Source: Candidatus Thorarchaeota archaeon (GTDB lineage: Archaea; Asgardarchaeota; Thorarchaeia; Thorarchaeales; Thorarchaeaceae). From it: DNA of 64,000 nt. The translations under genes and the position numbers were made by a program. The first letter of the stretch is position 1. The number at the start of each line of letters is the position of its first letter. Below the pieces are notes generated by a model, which was not told where the DNA came from, did not search any database, and worked only from the letters and a program-made list of their open reading frames with translations. The stretch is from positions 51,956 to 115,955 of the forward strand of contig JBHLQH010000010.1 of NCBI GenBank assembly GCA_048884965.1, written 5' to 3'. This document shows, one piece after another, positions 29,137-39,800 of the stretch.

Positions 29137-32100
29137 TTATGCGCCTCCCTTCTTGCCCTCTTTCGGGCTGTCTTTCTTTGGTTTAGACGTCTTCTTAGAG
29201 TCCGTGCTTTCCTTCTTTGCCGATTTCTTCGACGAAGCATCCTCTGGACCGCGTCGTAATATCTTCCGTTTCATCCAGCCTCCACCGGCCTTCATCTTAT
29301 TCCGCACCTTGCCCTTGCTCTTGAGATCATATACAATTACCAATGATGCAAAGGCGACAATACCAATCGCGGCTCCGATAACGATCATCCAGAAGGGATC
29401 ATCACCAGACTGAACGATGTAGCGTATCTGCAAGGCGTGAACGACACCATCAGGAGCTCTTCCATAGACTCGGAGGTCGTATGTTCCGGGCGACCAACGG
29501 GTCGTGTCATTGTGCCAGAGGCTATTACCTACATAGGCCAGATTCACTGGATCGCTCCAGCCTGTCCCGTTATCATATACATACCACATCTCTTGGAATG
29601 CAGTGTAGTTGAACACCTGTACTGGTGAATTCTGCCAGACAGTGGTCGAATTCTTCGGATTCGCCATAGCCATGCTGAACTGCCCACGGGCTGTCGCAAG
29701 GGCCATCTCGAACTCGTCCTCTGAGGTGAAGCTCAGCGGGTCAAGCCCGAGAGATATCTCGAGACCGTCAGAGTAGGTGTCCTCATCCGTGTCCCACTTT
29801 GCTGCGTGGGTCTGGTAGACATAGACCTCTGTTCCGTCAAGAATGCCGTCCAAGTCTGAGTCTGGTGCGAAGATACCGCCATGGGGGAGGGTCTGCAGAC
29901 CCATCTTGAACTCGATGGCATCAGCGAGACCGTCATAGTCTGAGTCAAACTCCCAGGTATCCTCGTATCCATCATTGTCGGAGTCTGTGTCTGTCGGACT
30001 GGTCAGGTAGAAGTATACCTCAGCACCGTCTGGCAGCCAATCTCCATCACTGTCCCAATTCAGACCATCTGTACCATAGAGAGAGTCTTGTGCTGGGTGG
30101 AAGTCAGAGAGTGACTCCTGTCCGCCTGCTGGGATATAGCCAGGGTAGACAGGTTCCGGCGGCGGCTCACCAACGGGCGGGTCATTTTCTGTGCCCATAC
30201 CTATGCTCCAGTTCGTCGGAGGCCATGGACCATACGGCCAAAGCTCCTCGAAGGATTCGAAGGTGTCCGTTATATTATCTCCATCGGTATCATTGGAGCG
30301 GGGATCAGAGCCATAGACCCATGCTTCGGTCCAATCATCGATGGTATCATTGTCCGTGTCCCAGAGGTCAGGCTCGGTGTTGAATACGATGACTTCCTGG
30401 TAATCGGTCAAGGTGTCGTTGTCGGTATCCATAAGGACAGGACTTGTGTTGTAACGCAAGGTAACAGTCAGGGCGTTGTAGGGATAGATGAGCTCGCTCA
30501 CGTTCTCCAAGAGCAACTCGGCTCCATCAACGAGCCAGTCCTGATCCGTATCATTGTTCATAGGATCTAGAGGTATGGGATCGAGCCAAGGCACGATGCC
30601 GGCTCCTAGGTAAAGCTCCCATGCATCTGAAAGACCATCTTGATCGCTGTCTGCCTCGGTCACGTTGGTGCCATGGATGTATGCCTCCATATAGTCAGAC
30701 ATCGGCCAAGTCATATCACCGTCCTCATTGGGCTCGGTGATAGAATCATGATCAGTGTCCCAGTTCAGAGGATCGCTATCCCAAATCCAGATTTCCTCAC
30801 CGTCCGCAAGCATGTCATCGTCCGAGTCATAGTCAAAGGGATCAGTACCATAGACCATGATTTCCTCGTAGTCTGTGAGACCATCATTGTCCCCATCCTC
30901 ATCCATGGGATCAGAGCCGTATGTCAGGACCTCTTGGCCGTCAAGTAATTTGTCGCCATCCGAATCATCTTGCAAGGGGTTGCTGTGCCAGAGATAGACT
31001 TCCTCACCGTCTCCAAGACCGTCCATGTCAGAGTCCCAGAGATTAGGATTGGTGAAGAAGACATAGAACTCATCACCATCGCTGATCATGTCCAGATCAG
31101 AGTCAGATGAACGGGGGTCGCAGCCAAGGAGCAGCTCCTGCATGTCAAATAGACCATCGTCATCGGTGTCTGGGTCAGTCGCAGAGGTGTGGTTGCTCCA
31201 CTGGTTCAGTACGCCTTCAAGACCATCAATGAGTCCATCGTCGTCTGTGTCTCCATCTGTTGGATCAGTAGGTGGAGTCTGGGCGAGCTCGTAGCCATCA
31301 GAGTTGAGCCACGCACCAGGCTGCGGTGTACGGTCAGTGACACCAGTGTCTCCATCCGTATCGGGATTGCATGGGTTCGTGAAGACCTGCTTGCGCTCGG
31401 GCTCACCTTCAGCGTCATAGACGATGATCCAGAAACCTGCGATCTCGATTCCATCGCTCATGTCCATGAGCCACTTTCCGGGACTACCGTCAGGACCTGC
31501 CTGTGAGTCGATCATACCATTATACAGTTGGAGGTAAGAGTCGTCATCAGTATCCGCGTCCAAGGGATGTGTATAGCCACCATTGAAGATGAGTGGGTCT
31601 GCGTCAAAGCCAGAGCCTTCTGTGTCATTATAGAGACTATCCAGACCGTAGTAGCAGCCGGTCTCGCCCTCGTCACCATCGAGGATAGAGTCTCCATCAG
31701 TATCCGGATTCAAAGGATCTGTATGGTCATTGTAGGGCACGCCACCAATAACGACCTCTGTTACGGTCGGAGTGATGTTGGAGATGTCCCATCTGTGGTA
31801 GACCTCGTACGCATCTGTCAATGCATCCCCGTCGGTATCCTGACACAAGGGATCAGTGAGGTAGATCTTCGCTTCCTCATAGTCAGTAAGGTCGTCCCAA
31901 TCACTGTCAGGGAACAGAGGATTCGTACCAAGGTCCCATTCTTCTCCGTCGAGTAGACCGTCATCATCAGAATCTGGATCTACGGGGTCAGAGCCAAGGG
32001 TCTGGACCTCGAGCTTGTCGGAGGCACCATCGTCGTCAGTGTCAGCCTTGGTCTTATCCAGGCCGGGTATGGAGTCCTCGTACTCGTCCGAAAGGCCGTC

Positions 32101-35100
32101 ATCGTCCTGGTCGAAGCCGACGCCCGAGCTCTCGTACTCTGCCTCACCCTTCTTGGGGGACAGGTCCCACGGGCCGCCGGGCTCCCAGGTCCACGTGCCA
32201 TCCCACGTGAAGAACAGGAACCGTATCTCCAGTTTTAACGTCAGTATCAAACGTAATGTTATCTTCATCGGGTTGCCCGAGCCGAGCTCCTGGAAGAAGG
32301 TCAGGATGATCTCCAGTGAGCCGCGCAGCTTCGCGGCAGCGATGAGGATGTCAATGCCAAGGTTTAGCGCCACGCCGATACAGAGCTCTATCGAGAGGGT
32401 CGAGACCTCTGATGCCTCTGCCGTGGCCGCCTTCTTCACAATATCCAGACCCAGCGTGAACCAGATGTCGAGAGATATCGAGTCAAGGCCGATGTAGGAA
32501 CCAAGCTTGTTGAGGACACCACCACCAGCTCCACCGGTCAGTATGTCCAACAGTGTGATCTTGCGTGAGATGCCTACGTCAAGGCTCAAGCCCCACTCAA
32601 GAATCTTGAAGAAGTTGTCCCACTCGAACTGCCCCTCACGGAAGGTAAAGAGGTTGAGGAGGAAATGAGCAGAGCCCGAGAACTGCAACTCGACTCCAAG
32701 CATACCAAGGAGGAACTCCATGAATGGATTCTTGGAGGAGTCAAAGCCCTCTACTCCAAGGCTCGCATAGAACTGCGGTGATATCTCGAAGAAGCTTAGG
32801 AAGACCCGGAACATCTCAGAGAGGCCATCCATGGAGAAGGGATTCCTTCCCTCAAAGATGATGGACCGTAGGAACTCGAAGAAAGGTGTAGGATTCAGGT
32901 CGAAGTTCGCTGAGAGACCTAGGTCAAATGTAAGGGTGAACAGGGACCACTCGCCAAGGCCGATAGGTATCTCACCATCATAGCCAAGGAGGTCGGAGAG
33001 GCCGCCGAACAGTCCGTTCAGGGTGTTCTCCAGCTCATCAAGGAGCGGCGTGATTTGACCGGTCAGCCAGTCATACGCCTTTCCGAGGAGCCATTCGACA
33101 CCGTCGGTGAAGATGCCCTTGACGTCCATGATGAAGGACAGGATGGTCTCGAGCATGGTGGGGTCAAGGACACCAGAGAGTAATCCTGAGGCCATGTCTA
33201 CGATCTCAGAGATGACCTCCTTCGCGTTGGGCATGTCGTACTCGTCGAGACCGAACATATCGGGGAAGAAGGACTGCAAGAGCTTGAGGAACGAGTCAAT
33301 AGGAACGTCATCCATGCCAGGGAAGATGCCCACGATGGAGCCAACAGACATGAGGAGGGACTTCATGATTCCCTCGAATGATTGTCCCTTGACATCGCCG
33401 ATAAGATTGAAGATTCCTCCAGTGATTTGACTGAAGGTGTTGAGGATGTTCTCCACATCTGGGAGACCCTCCAGGATGTCACCATCATCCAAGAACTTGA
33501 TGACGGTCTTGATGAGAGTGGGGATATCAGACAGCTCAGACACGAAGTTGCTGACTGTCTGGCTGATCATCTTCTTGAGTGCGTCAGAGTCTGACACCAT
33601 AGCGACCAGCCCGAGAATGGGCTTGACTGCACCATTGATGACACTCATGATCTCTGCAGCATCGGCCAAAGTATACTCAGCAGTTGGAGGTAGTAGATTG
33701 ACCAAGCCTTCTACTACTTGGAAGATGTCTGGGATATCAGCAGGATTGAATCCCTCATTGAAGAATCCAGATACCAGGGTCATGGCATCCTCAACGAGGT
33801 CTCTGACGTTCTGAGCAGCGCCTGATGCATATTGGTCAAGCAGATCAGATATCATGCCTCTGAACTGACTTACACTCGAGAGAGCATTCTCTTGGAAGTA
33901 CTTTGTGACATTGAGAAGCTGCCGTGCTAGATTTTCAACCTCTCCCACAATATTAGACACACCAAGGAATTCCTCAGCTATTTGACCAATCAACGCAAGT
34001 AGAGATTCCTCGCTGTAGTTATCAATAAGGTCAACGACTGATAATGCCATCTGAATCAATGCCATAATCTTGTCGATTGTATCTTGACCTAAGGAATCAG
34101 TAAGCAAATTGAATCCAGCTTGTAGCAGCTTCTCGCCAACGTCCTTCAGGAATTGGGAGAAGTCAAAGCTGGATAGATAATTGACCACAGTGGTGACCAC
34201 TGTAACAGTCTTGTTAACGAGTTCAGTGACAGTGCCGAGCGACAGACCGAGAGATGCGACCAATGTCTTGTTGAGGAGGCTGGACAGGACATTGTTCGTC
34301 ACGAAACTTAGGATTGTATTGAACGCGCCTTTGCCGTCCTTTACTACATCCTCGATCATATCGAAGAAGCCGCCACTAAAATCAAGAATCGTATCTAACC
34401 ATGACATGATCTCTTCGGGGATAAGAGCAGGCAAGAGACCTTGGACAAGGTCTGTTATGACACCTACGATGCTGCTGAAGTCACCGCGGAGATTAAAGAG
34501 AGCGCCGAGGATCGGTTCAAGATACATCTTCAAGTCATCAGGGAATGGAAATTCTTTGACAAGTGAAGTGATGATAGACTTCAGAGGACTGTCAGCGTCG
34601 AAATCCTGAACTATTCCAAGGAATGGTTTGATCATCTCAAACACATCAAGGATGTTACTGAGGGAATTCTCAGGAATGGAGATGACAGTCTTACCGGCTT
34701 TCATGAGCACATCCAGGAGGACATCAATGATTTCGCCGATTGGTCCATTGAGACCAGAGAGGAAAGGTAGGTCACTCAACTTGAAGTCAGAAGAGGACAT
34801 CTCTGAGGCAGCAGTAAGTTGGACAAGAGGAGAGAAGTCCTCTGGCAGCTCATCCATGGGAATCTGGACGAGACTCCCATCGTCCGCTACTGAGTAAGCG
34901 GCTTCCTCGGCCCAACCTTGATGCTCATCATACATTGCTTGTTTCCTTGCTTCTGCAGCATTGGGGTCCATCTCTCCGACAGCATCGATTGGATCAAAGC
35001 CTCGTTTGAAGAACTCGTTGAAATTGTCAGCATAAATCTGTAGGACCATCTTCTCCAGGTCATCAGCAGCCGCTTTGTAATCGGGGTTACCTTCCGCTCG

Positions 35101-35661
35101 CTCCTTGCAGACCTCCATAATTCCGTACACACCATAGAGGATTAGTAAAAGTCCATCTGTCTGTTCTGATTCGCTGGTGTGGAACATAGTATCGGATTCT
35201 GTGAGATAGGGTTCCAAAGAAAGAGTATTGCCCATCGCCAAGAGATGCTGTGTTTGTCTATGATCGCCGAGGACAAGATAGAACTCTCTCCATGACATTT
35301 CTCGATCGGAGAACTTGACACCATCAAGGTCCGAAGGAAGTGCATATAGTGAGATCCATGGTTCATCCATTAGATAATAGTCGACATCCGAAGAATGATC
35401 AACCGGTATCATCAAGATCGAATTCAATCGGAATGATAGAATCTCATGGATTCCTTCTGCGACCGCCTTCATCATATCGTCCTGCGGATCATAGAAGATG
35501 TAGATATTCTGGAGGTCGTATCCAGTAAATGGACCCTTGAAGACCTCCTTGTCCTCCTGTATAACATTACCAGCCCACACTGCTTGTGGGATAAGACCCA
35601 GAACCATTAACGAGATAAAAGCAACAGAGATGATCTGGACCTTAAGCAATCTCTTTTTCAT
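29137..35661 (-). CDS. Giant (about 2174 aa) surface protein with amphipathic helical region, beta-rich region and thrombospondin type-3-like Ca-binding repeats; C-terminal TM and Lys-rich tail
   Basis: ATG 35661 follows GAGGAGG and gives signal MKKRLLKVQIISVAFISLMVLGLIPQAVWA. About 25 DxDxDGLxDxxE...TxP repeats. TM helix FWMIVIGAAIGIVAFASLVIVY. Confidence 0.9.
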   Translation of the reverse strand: MKKRLLKVQIISVAFISLMVLGLIPQAVWAGNVIQEDKEVFKGPFTGYDLQNIYIFYDPQDDMMKAVAEGIHEILSFRLNSILMIPVDHSSDVDYYLMDEPWISLYALPSDLDGVKFSDREMSWREFYLVLGDHRQTQHLLAMGNTLSLEPYLTESDTMFHTSESEQTDGLLLILYGVYGIMEVCKERAEGNPDYKAAADDLEKMVLQIYADNFNEFFKRGFDPIDAVGEMDPNAAEARKQAMYDEHQGWAEEAAYSVADDGSLVQIPMDELPEDFSPLVQLTAASEMSSSDFKLSDLPFLSGLNGPIGEIIDVLLDVLMKAGKTVISIPENSLSNILDVFEMIKPFLGIVQDFDADSPLKSIITSLVKEFPFPDDLKMYLEPILGALFNLRGDFSSIVGVITDLVQGLLPALIPEEIMSWLDTILDFSGGFFDMIEDVVKDGKGAFNTILSFVTNNVLSSLLNKTLVASLGLSLGTVTELVNKTVTVVTTVVNYLSSFDFSQFLKDVGEKLLQAGFNLLTDSLGQDTIDKIMALIQMALSVVDLIDNYSEESLLALIGQIAEEFLGVSNIVGEVENLARQLLNVTKYFQENALSSVSQFRGMISDLLDQYASGAAQNVRDLVEDAMTLVSGFFNEGFNPADIPDIFQVVEGLVNLLPPTAEYTLADAAEIMSVINGAVKPILGLVAMVSDSDALKKMISQTVSNFVSELSDIPTLIKTVIKFLDDGDILEGLPDVENILNTFSQITGGIFNLIGDVKGQSFEGIMKSLLMSVGSIVGIFPGMDDVPIDSFLKLLQSFFPDMFGLDEYDMPNAKEVISEIVDMASGLLSGVLDPTMLETILSFIMDVKGIFTDGVEWLLGKAYDWLTGQITPLLDELENTLNGLFGGLSDLLGYDGEIPIGLGEWSLFTLTFDLGLSANFDLNPTPFFEFLRSIIFEGRNPFSMDGLSEMFRVFLSFFEISPQFYASLGVEGFDSSKNPFMEFLLGMLGVELQFSGSAHFLLNLFTFREGQFEWDNFFKILEWGLSLDVGISRKITLLDILTGGAGGGVLNKLGSYIGLDSISLDIWFTLGLDIVKKAATAEASEVSTLSIELCIGVALNLGIDILIAAAKLRGSLEIILTFFQELGSGNPMKITLRLILTLKLEIRFLFFTWDGTWTWEPGGPWDLSPKKGEAEYESSGVGFDQDDDGLSDEYEDSIPGLDKTKADTDDDGASDKLEVQTLGSDPVDPDSDDDGLLDGEEWDLGTNPLFPDSDWDDLTDYEEAKIYLTDPLCQDTDGDALTDAYEVYHRWDISNITPTVTEVVIGGVPYNDHTDPLNPDTDGDSILDGDEGETGCYYGLDSLYNDTEGSGFDADPLIFNGGYTHPLDADTDDDSYLQLYNGMIDSQAGPDGSPGKWLMDMSDGIEIAGFWIIVYDAEGEPERKQVFTNPCNPDTDGDTGVTDRTPQPGAWLNSDGYELAQTPPTDPTDGDTDDDGLIDGLEGVLNQWSNHTSATDPDTDDDGLFDMQELLLGCDPRSSDSDLDMISDGDEFYVFFTNPNLWDSDMDGLGDGEEVYLWHSNPLQDDSDGDKLLDGQEVLTYGSDPMDEDGDNDGLTDYEEIMVYGTDPFDYDSDDDMLADGEEIWIWDSDPLNWDTDHDSITEPNEDGDMTWPMSDYMEAYIHGTNVTEADSDQDGLSDAWELYLGAGIVPWLDPIPLDPMNNDTDQDWLVDGAELLLENVSELIYPYNALTVTLRYNTSPVLMDTDNDTLTDYQEVIVFNTEPDLWDTDNDTIDDWTEAWVYGSDPRSNDTDGDNITDTFESFEELWPYGPWPPTNWSIGMGTENDPPVGEPPPEPVYPGYIPAGGQESLSDFHPAQDSLYGTDGLNWDSDGDWLPDGAEVYFYLTSPTDTDSDNDGYEDTWEFDSDYDGLADAIEFKMGLQTLPHGGIFAPDSDLDGILDGTEVYVYQTHAAKWDTDEDTYSDGLEISLGLDPLSFTSEDEFEMALATARGQFSMAMANPKNSTTVWQNSPVQVFNYTAFQEMWYVYDNGTGWSDPVNLAYVGNSLWHNDTTRWSPGTYDLRVYGRAPDGVVHALQIRYIVQSGDDPFWMIVIGAAIGIVAFASLVIVYDLKSKGKVRNKMKAGGGWMKRKILRRGPEDASSKKSAKKESTDSKKTSKPKKDSPKEGKKGGA
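29740..32115 (-). repeat. Coding tandem repeats, TSP3-like (about 23 aa unit, T-D/N-P-x3-D-S/T-D-x-D-G-L-x-D-x2-E)
   Basis: About 25 units counted in the translation, e.g. DSDDDGLLDGEE, DTDGDALTDAYE, DGDNDGLTDYEE. Confidence 0.88.
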
Positions 35662-35924
35662 GAGCGGAATTTGCCTCCTCAGGGTGACCTTTTGAAGGGG
35701 CATTAACAATACTAGCTCAGCAGACAAAGTACAATATACACTACCGTATATCTACTGCAACTGGGAGCGTGCATTGTCCGGTACTCTCCATCCGGTCGCC
35801 CAGCGACTGGGGTGAATTGTGAATTATCCGGATATAATACTTGTGCCAAGATGAAAAGACAATGATAAGTATCAAAATTCGAACAGTTTTTTAATGATTT
35901 CAGAAAGGAACAGCAAAGAATTGC

Positions 35925-36749
35925 TTAATCCCCATTTACAAAATCCTCAAGTTCTTTTGCTCGATCATCTGCTTCCTTTGATTCAAGAACTCGACCCTCA
36001 AGTCGATAGAGTGTTGCTAGATTCCGCCAAGCGATGCGATTCTCGATATCCAGTTCGACGGCCTTCTGGAAGGCTTCCATCGCTTTGGCATTCTGTCTTG
36101 TATTAGTAAAGGCTACTCCCAAATTGGACCAAGCCATGGAATCCTCGGGGGTCAACTCAATAACTCGTTGAAAGACCTTCAGGACTTCCTTTCGCTTGCC
36201 TCGTTTGTGGAGTACTTGACCATAGAGTCGTAAAGCTTCTGGATAATCTTCCCTCAATGCAAGAGCCCTTTTGATGGCATCATTGGATTTCTTGATACTT
36301 CCCTTTTTGAATAGGATTGAGCTAAGTAAATACCACACCTCTGGATGCGCCTCAGAAATTTTCATACACTCCCGAATAGATTGCATCCCATTATCCAAAT
36401 CGCCTTCCCTGATTTGCCGTTGTGCCATTCTCAACCATGATTCAAGTCCGGAAGAGCCGACTTGACTTCTCTGCTTGAAAACACTATCAGCATCCTCAGT
36501 GCGACCGAGCTCAATGAATAGCATTCCTAGTTCTGTGAATGCTCGTTCATGATTTACAGCAATAGCCTTTTTGTACCATCCAATTGCCTCGTCATATCTC
36601 TTCTCGCCTTGGAGGTAATATGCAAGTTTGCACCAATCCTCTGGAGAACTGGAATCAGCCATTGCGATAACACGCAACTCTTCCTCTTTCTTTGATATAG
36701 TCGGTGCGGTAGATTTCCTATCAGAAGAGTCAGTGGTATCATTCCCCAT
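35925..36749 (-). CDS. Tetratricopeptide repeat protein
   Basis: Repeated TPR consensus: PEVWYLLS, PEDSMAWSNLGVAF, AWRNLATLY. Confidence 0.92.
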   Translation of the reverse strand: MGNDTTDSSDRKSTAPTISKKEEELRVIAMADSSSPEDWCKLAYYLQGEKRYDEAIGWYKKAIAVNHERAFTELGMLFIELGRTEDADSVFKQRSQVGSSGLESWLRMAQRQIREGDLDNGMQSIRECMKISEAHPEVWYLLSSILFKKGSIKKSNDAIKRALALREDYPEALRLYGQVLHKRGKRKEVLKVFQRVIELTPEDSMAWSNLGVAFTNTRQNAKAMEAFQKAVELDIENRIAWRNLATLYRLEGRVLESKEADDRAKELEDFVNGD

Positions 36750-36888
36750 TACAGGCCCTCATTTGTGAATCTTAAGATTGAGAAATCGTGAAGCGTTAAT
36801 ATTCCTTTCTTTTCATGTAGACAGGGTGCGCTTGATTAATACCATCAAAGCATTAAGGAGGGAGTTGTACTACTGAAGAAGTACAACT

Positions 36889-39800
36889 TTGGGAGACAGA
36901 GATTTGCCTGACGAATTCGATAGAGATGAACCGATAGAAGAGGAAGAATACCTCAGTATAGATGATGAGAAATCTAAGAGACCTGACAAGATGGAAAAAT
37001 CATCTGAAGTCCTAGGTATTACCGAGGATGAACTTGAGGTCTACTCACTTATCATAGCCTACGGGAATGCCACCCTCGGCGACCTTTCTCTTCTCAGTAA
37101 GAAGAAGACAATAGATCAAATTGAGGAATTAATAGGAAGTCTTCAGAAGAAGAACATGATCATTGAACTACCTGGTCTTGTGCCACGGTATCAAGCAGTT
37201 CCACCGTTTGAAGGTCTTGCAAAAGAAGTCGCAGAGGTCTCAGAACGGATAGAGAATCTTCGACAGGAATTGAAAGAACAGATACGCAGTGCAGCTGTAA
37301 CAGTACGTGACTCTTTGATATCACAATCAAAAGACAATCTAGAATTGGCATCATCTCAGAAGACTTCTGTTGGTACAATAAAAGAATCGTCTATTCAAAG
37401 CATCGAATCAAAGAAGCAAACGTGGAGCGCTCTTGCTGATGAAGCAACAAGAAAGTATGAGAGTTCTACGGAGGAATCGCTTGGAGAATGGAAGAGCTCT
37501 ACATCTACTACGATAGACGAGTCAATCAAAAGTGTCGAAGAGGCTATGTCAAAAGCAACAACTGAACTCAAGAGCACGATCACCACATCAAAAGAAGAAG
37601 CACGTCAAAGGACTGACACTTACAGGTCTGAAATGACTTCATCCATCTCGGATTTGGAATCTCAGGCCAAGTCACATATGAACTCTCAACTTAGCACAAT
37701 CGATTCGATGTTGACAGAAGAAGCAAAGTCATTCAACGCGAAAATGGCCAATGCGGAAAAAGAATTAGATGATTCAATGAATTCCCTAGAGCAGGGATTT
37801 TCTGAATCCCTACGAGCAACATCCACACGAATCTCACAGTCAATGCAGGAGGGAGAAAAAGAGGCTGTTGCAAGTATAAATGCCGCATCATCAGATATAG
37901 CTGAAAAATATCTGGAGATGGAAGCAACAGTCAAGTCATCACTCGAAGAAAAGAAGGCCAAAGAAGAAGGTCTGCTAGATAGTCATGCCTCTGCACTTGA
38001 TACCTCTTTTGGCAAAATGAACGATATGAGTATTGCTGCTTTAGAGCAGATGCAATCAGCACAGAATGAGAGCATCAGAGTGCTTAATTCCGCAACGAAG
38101 TCAGGGATTCAAGCCATCTCATCTCAAGTCGATGAGTTCGAATCCCGTTCAAAGGGATTTCTGGATACTGCCATGAATTCCATGAAGAGCACATCACAGA
38201 CCTCGATGCAGGAATTCCATGATAAGGTGAGCGAATACTCCACTGAAGTGACTCAAGACGTGCATTCTCTTCTGAATATCAGAAAAGAACACCTACAGAA
38301 AACCTTGCAGGAATTGCTACGGCAAATACAAAGCACATTGACACAAGAGGTGAACTTGATCGCTAAAACACTTGATGATCTCGCCGTGAAAATCGATTCG
38401 AGTCATCAGGGTATGATTTCGACTCTAGGCTCGTCATTGCAGATTACCAGTCAAGATCTAGATTCCAAGCTTGGTGATCTGAATCAAGCTACAACATCTG
38501 CACTCTCACAGGTATCTAGCTCTACAAAGCAATCACTGTCGCAAATGCAGGATGAATTAGAAACTGCCATCGAAACCTCGAGAAATGCGAATATGACCAT
38601 GACAACTGATCTGGATCAGGCTTTACGTGCCGCAAGTAGCGAACTCCAAGAATCGAAGACACAACTGCTCGATACTCTCAGGGGCGACCTAGACACATTG
38701 ACAGAAACGCTAGCTACGGAGGTGGAAAACATTTCTGCAACAGGTCAAACTGGAATGCGTAACGCAGCTATGACAACAATAGGTAATCTGCAAGAATCAG
38801 TTAGACAGACAAGCGATCATTTTGATGGAGAAGTGAAAGAAGCAATCAAATCGTTGTCTGAGGTTCTGCAACGAGGGGAAGGAAACATCAAAACGAATCT
38901 CTCGGTAACAGCAACAGGATTCGAGGAGAGCGTCACTCACATTAGAGAAGGAATTACCTCATCTCTGGGTTCAGTCGCAGGTCAGTTATCGGAATATAGA
39001 TCGGAGTCCCAATCACAAGTAGATTCACTGTGCAATGATTTGACGGCAGGTATCGATGCACAGCTTGACTCTAAAAGCTCAGAGATTGACGGCATTAGTA
39101 AGGAAGTAGTATCTATTATTGATCGTAGAAATCAAGATCTGAAAGCTTCCGTCGAATCGGCAATCAATGATCTGCGGATCAAAGGCACAGAGGTTGTTTC
39201 AACCAACTTGCAAAGCTCTACAGTGGAGCTCGAATCTCTCGCTGCAAAGGTGATTCAAGATGTTGAAGAAAGCTATCAGCAACTTGAGAAACAGCTTGAT
39301 GGATTAGAAATCTCTCTATCAACATCAATCAATAAACTAAAGGAGAGTCCGATGGTTGGTCTAACCGATGAAACACTAGAGCAAGCCTTTGCTGCATCCT
39401 CAGCTGATCAGGTCGATACCAAAGAGATAGCTGAAAGACTCTCAACGGTCTGGGACATGGTAAGAGCTACTGACTTCCCAGGGGCAAAGAAAACCTGGAA
39501 TGTTGTAACAAGAAATGCAGTTAATGCTCACATCAAAGACATGCTTGAAAGAGCTAAGTCGAAAGTTACTCTCATCGTCCCCGAGGCAAGCGACGTCCCA
39601 ACAGAAACTCTGCTAGCTCTGAAGACCACTACAGGAGTGGAGCTTGTTGTGACCGAGAGTGGGTTGTTAGGTCCATCTGTCAAACCACTAATTGGTCGGG
39701 GCAATATTCGAGTCAGAAGTAGAACTGAGAAAGATGTCTTTGCATGTGTCCGTGATAGCGAAGAAGTACTGATGGCTCCTGCTGCGACGAGTGATGTTGA

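Noticed and set aside
29136-29240. Arg-rich N-terminus (MLRRRNRQRRK...) of the 2671-aa ORF, suggesting a Tat or nucleic-acid-binding leader
   Set aside because: It is the alternative-frame reading of the Lys-rich tail of the upstream gene. The real start is GTG 29135, with a GGAGG RBS and a normal signal peptide.
29740-32115. Periodic DNA repeats that might suggest a CRISPR array
   Set aside because: They are degenerate in-frame protein repeats, not identical direct repeats with unique spacers, and no cas genes are present.
34480-34488. RGD tripeptide in the TSP3 protein next to an integrin-like protein
   Set aside because: It lies in an amphipathic helical region and is expected by chance in more than 2000 aa. 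An RGD also occurs in the cytoplasmic TrmB-like protein.
29437-35528. Numerous plus-strand ORFs of 60-160 aa antisense to the giant gene, and similar short antisense ORFs across the window
   Set aside because: They are shadow ORFs caused by codon bias; they lack RBS and motifs and lie fully inside well-supported genes.
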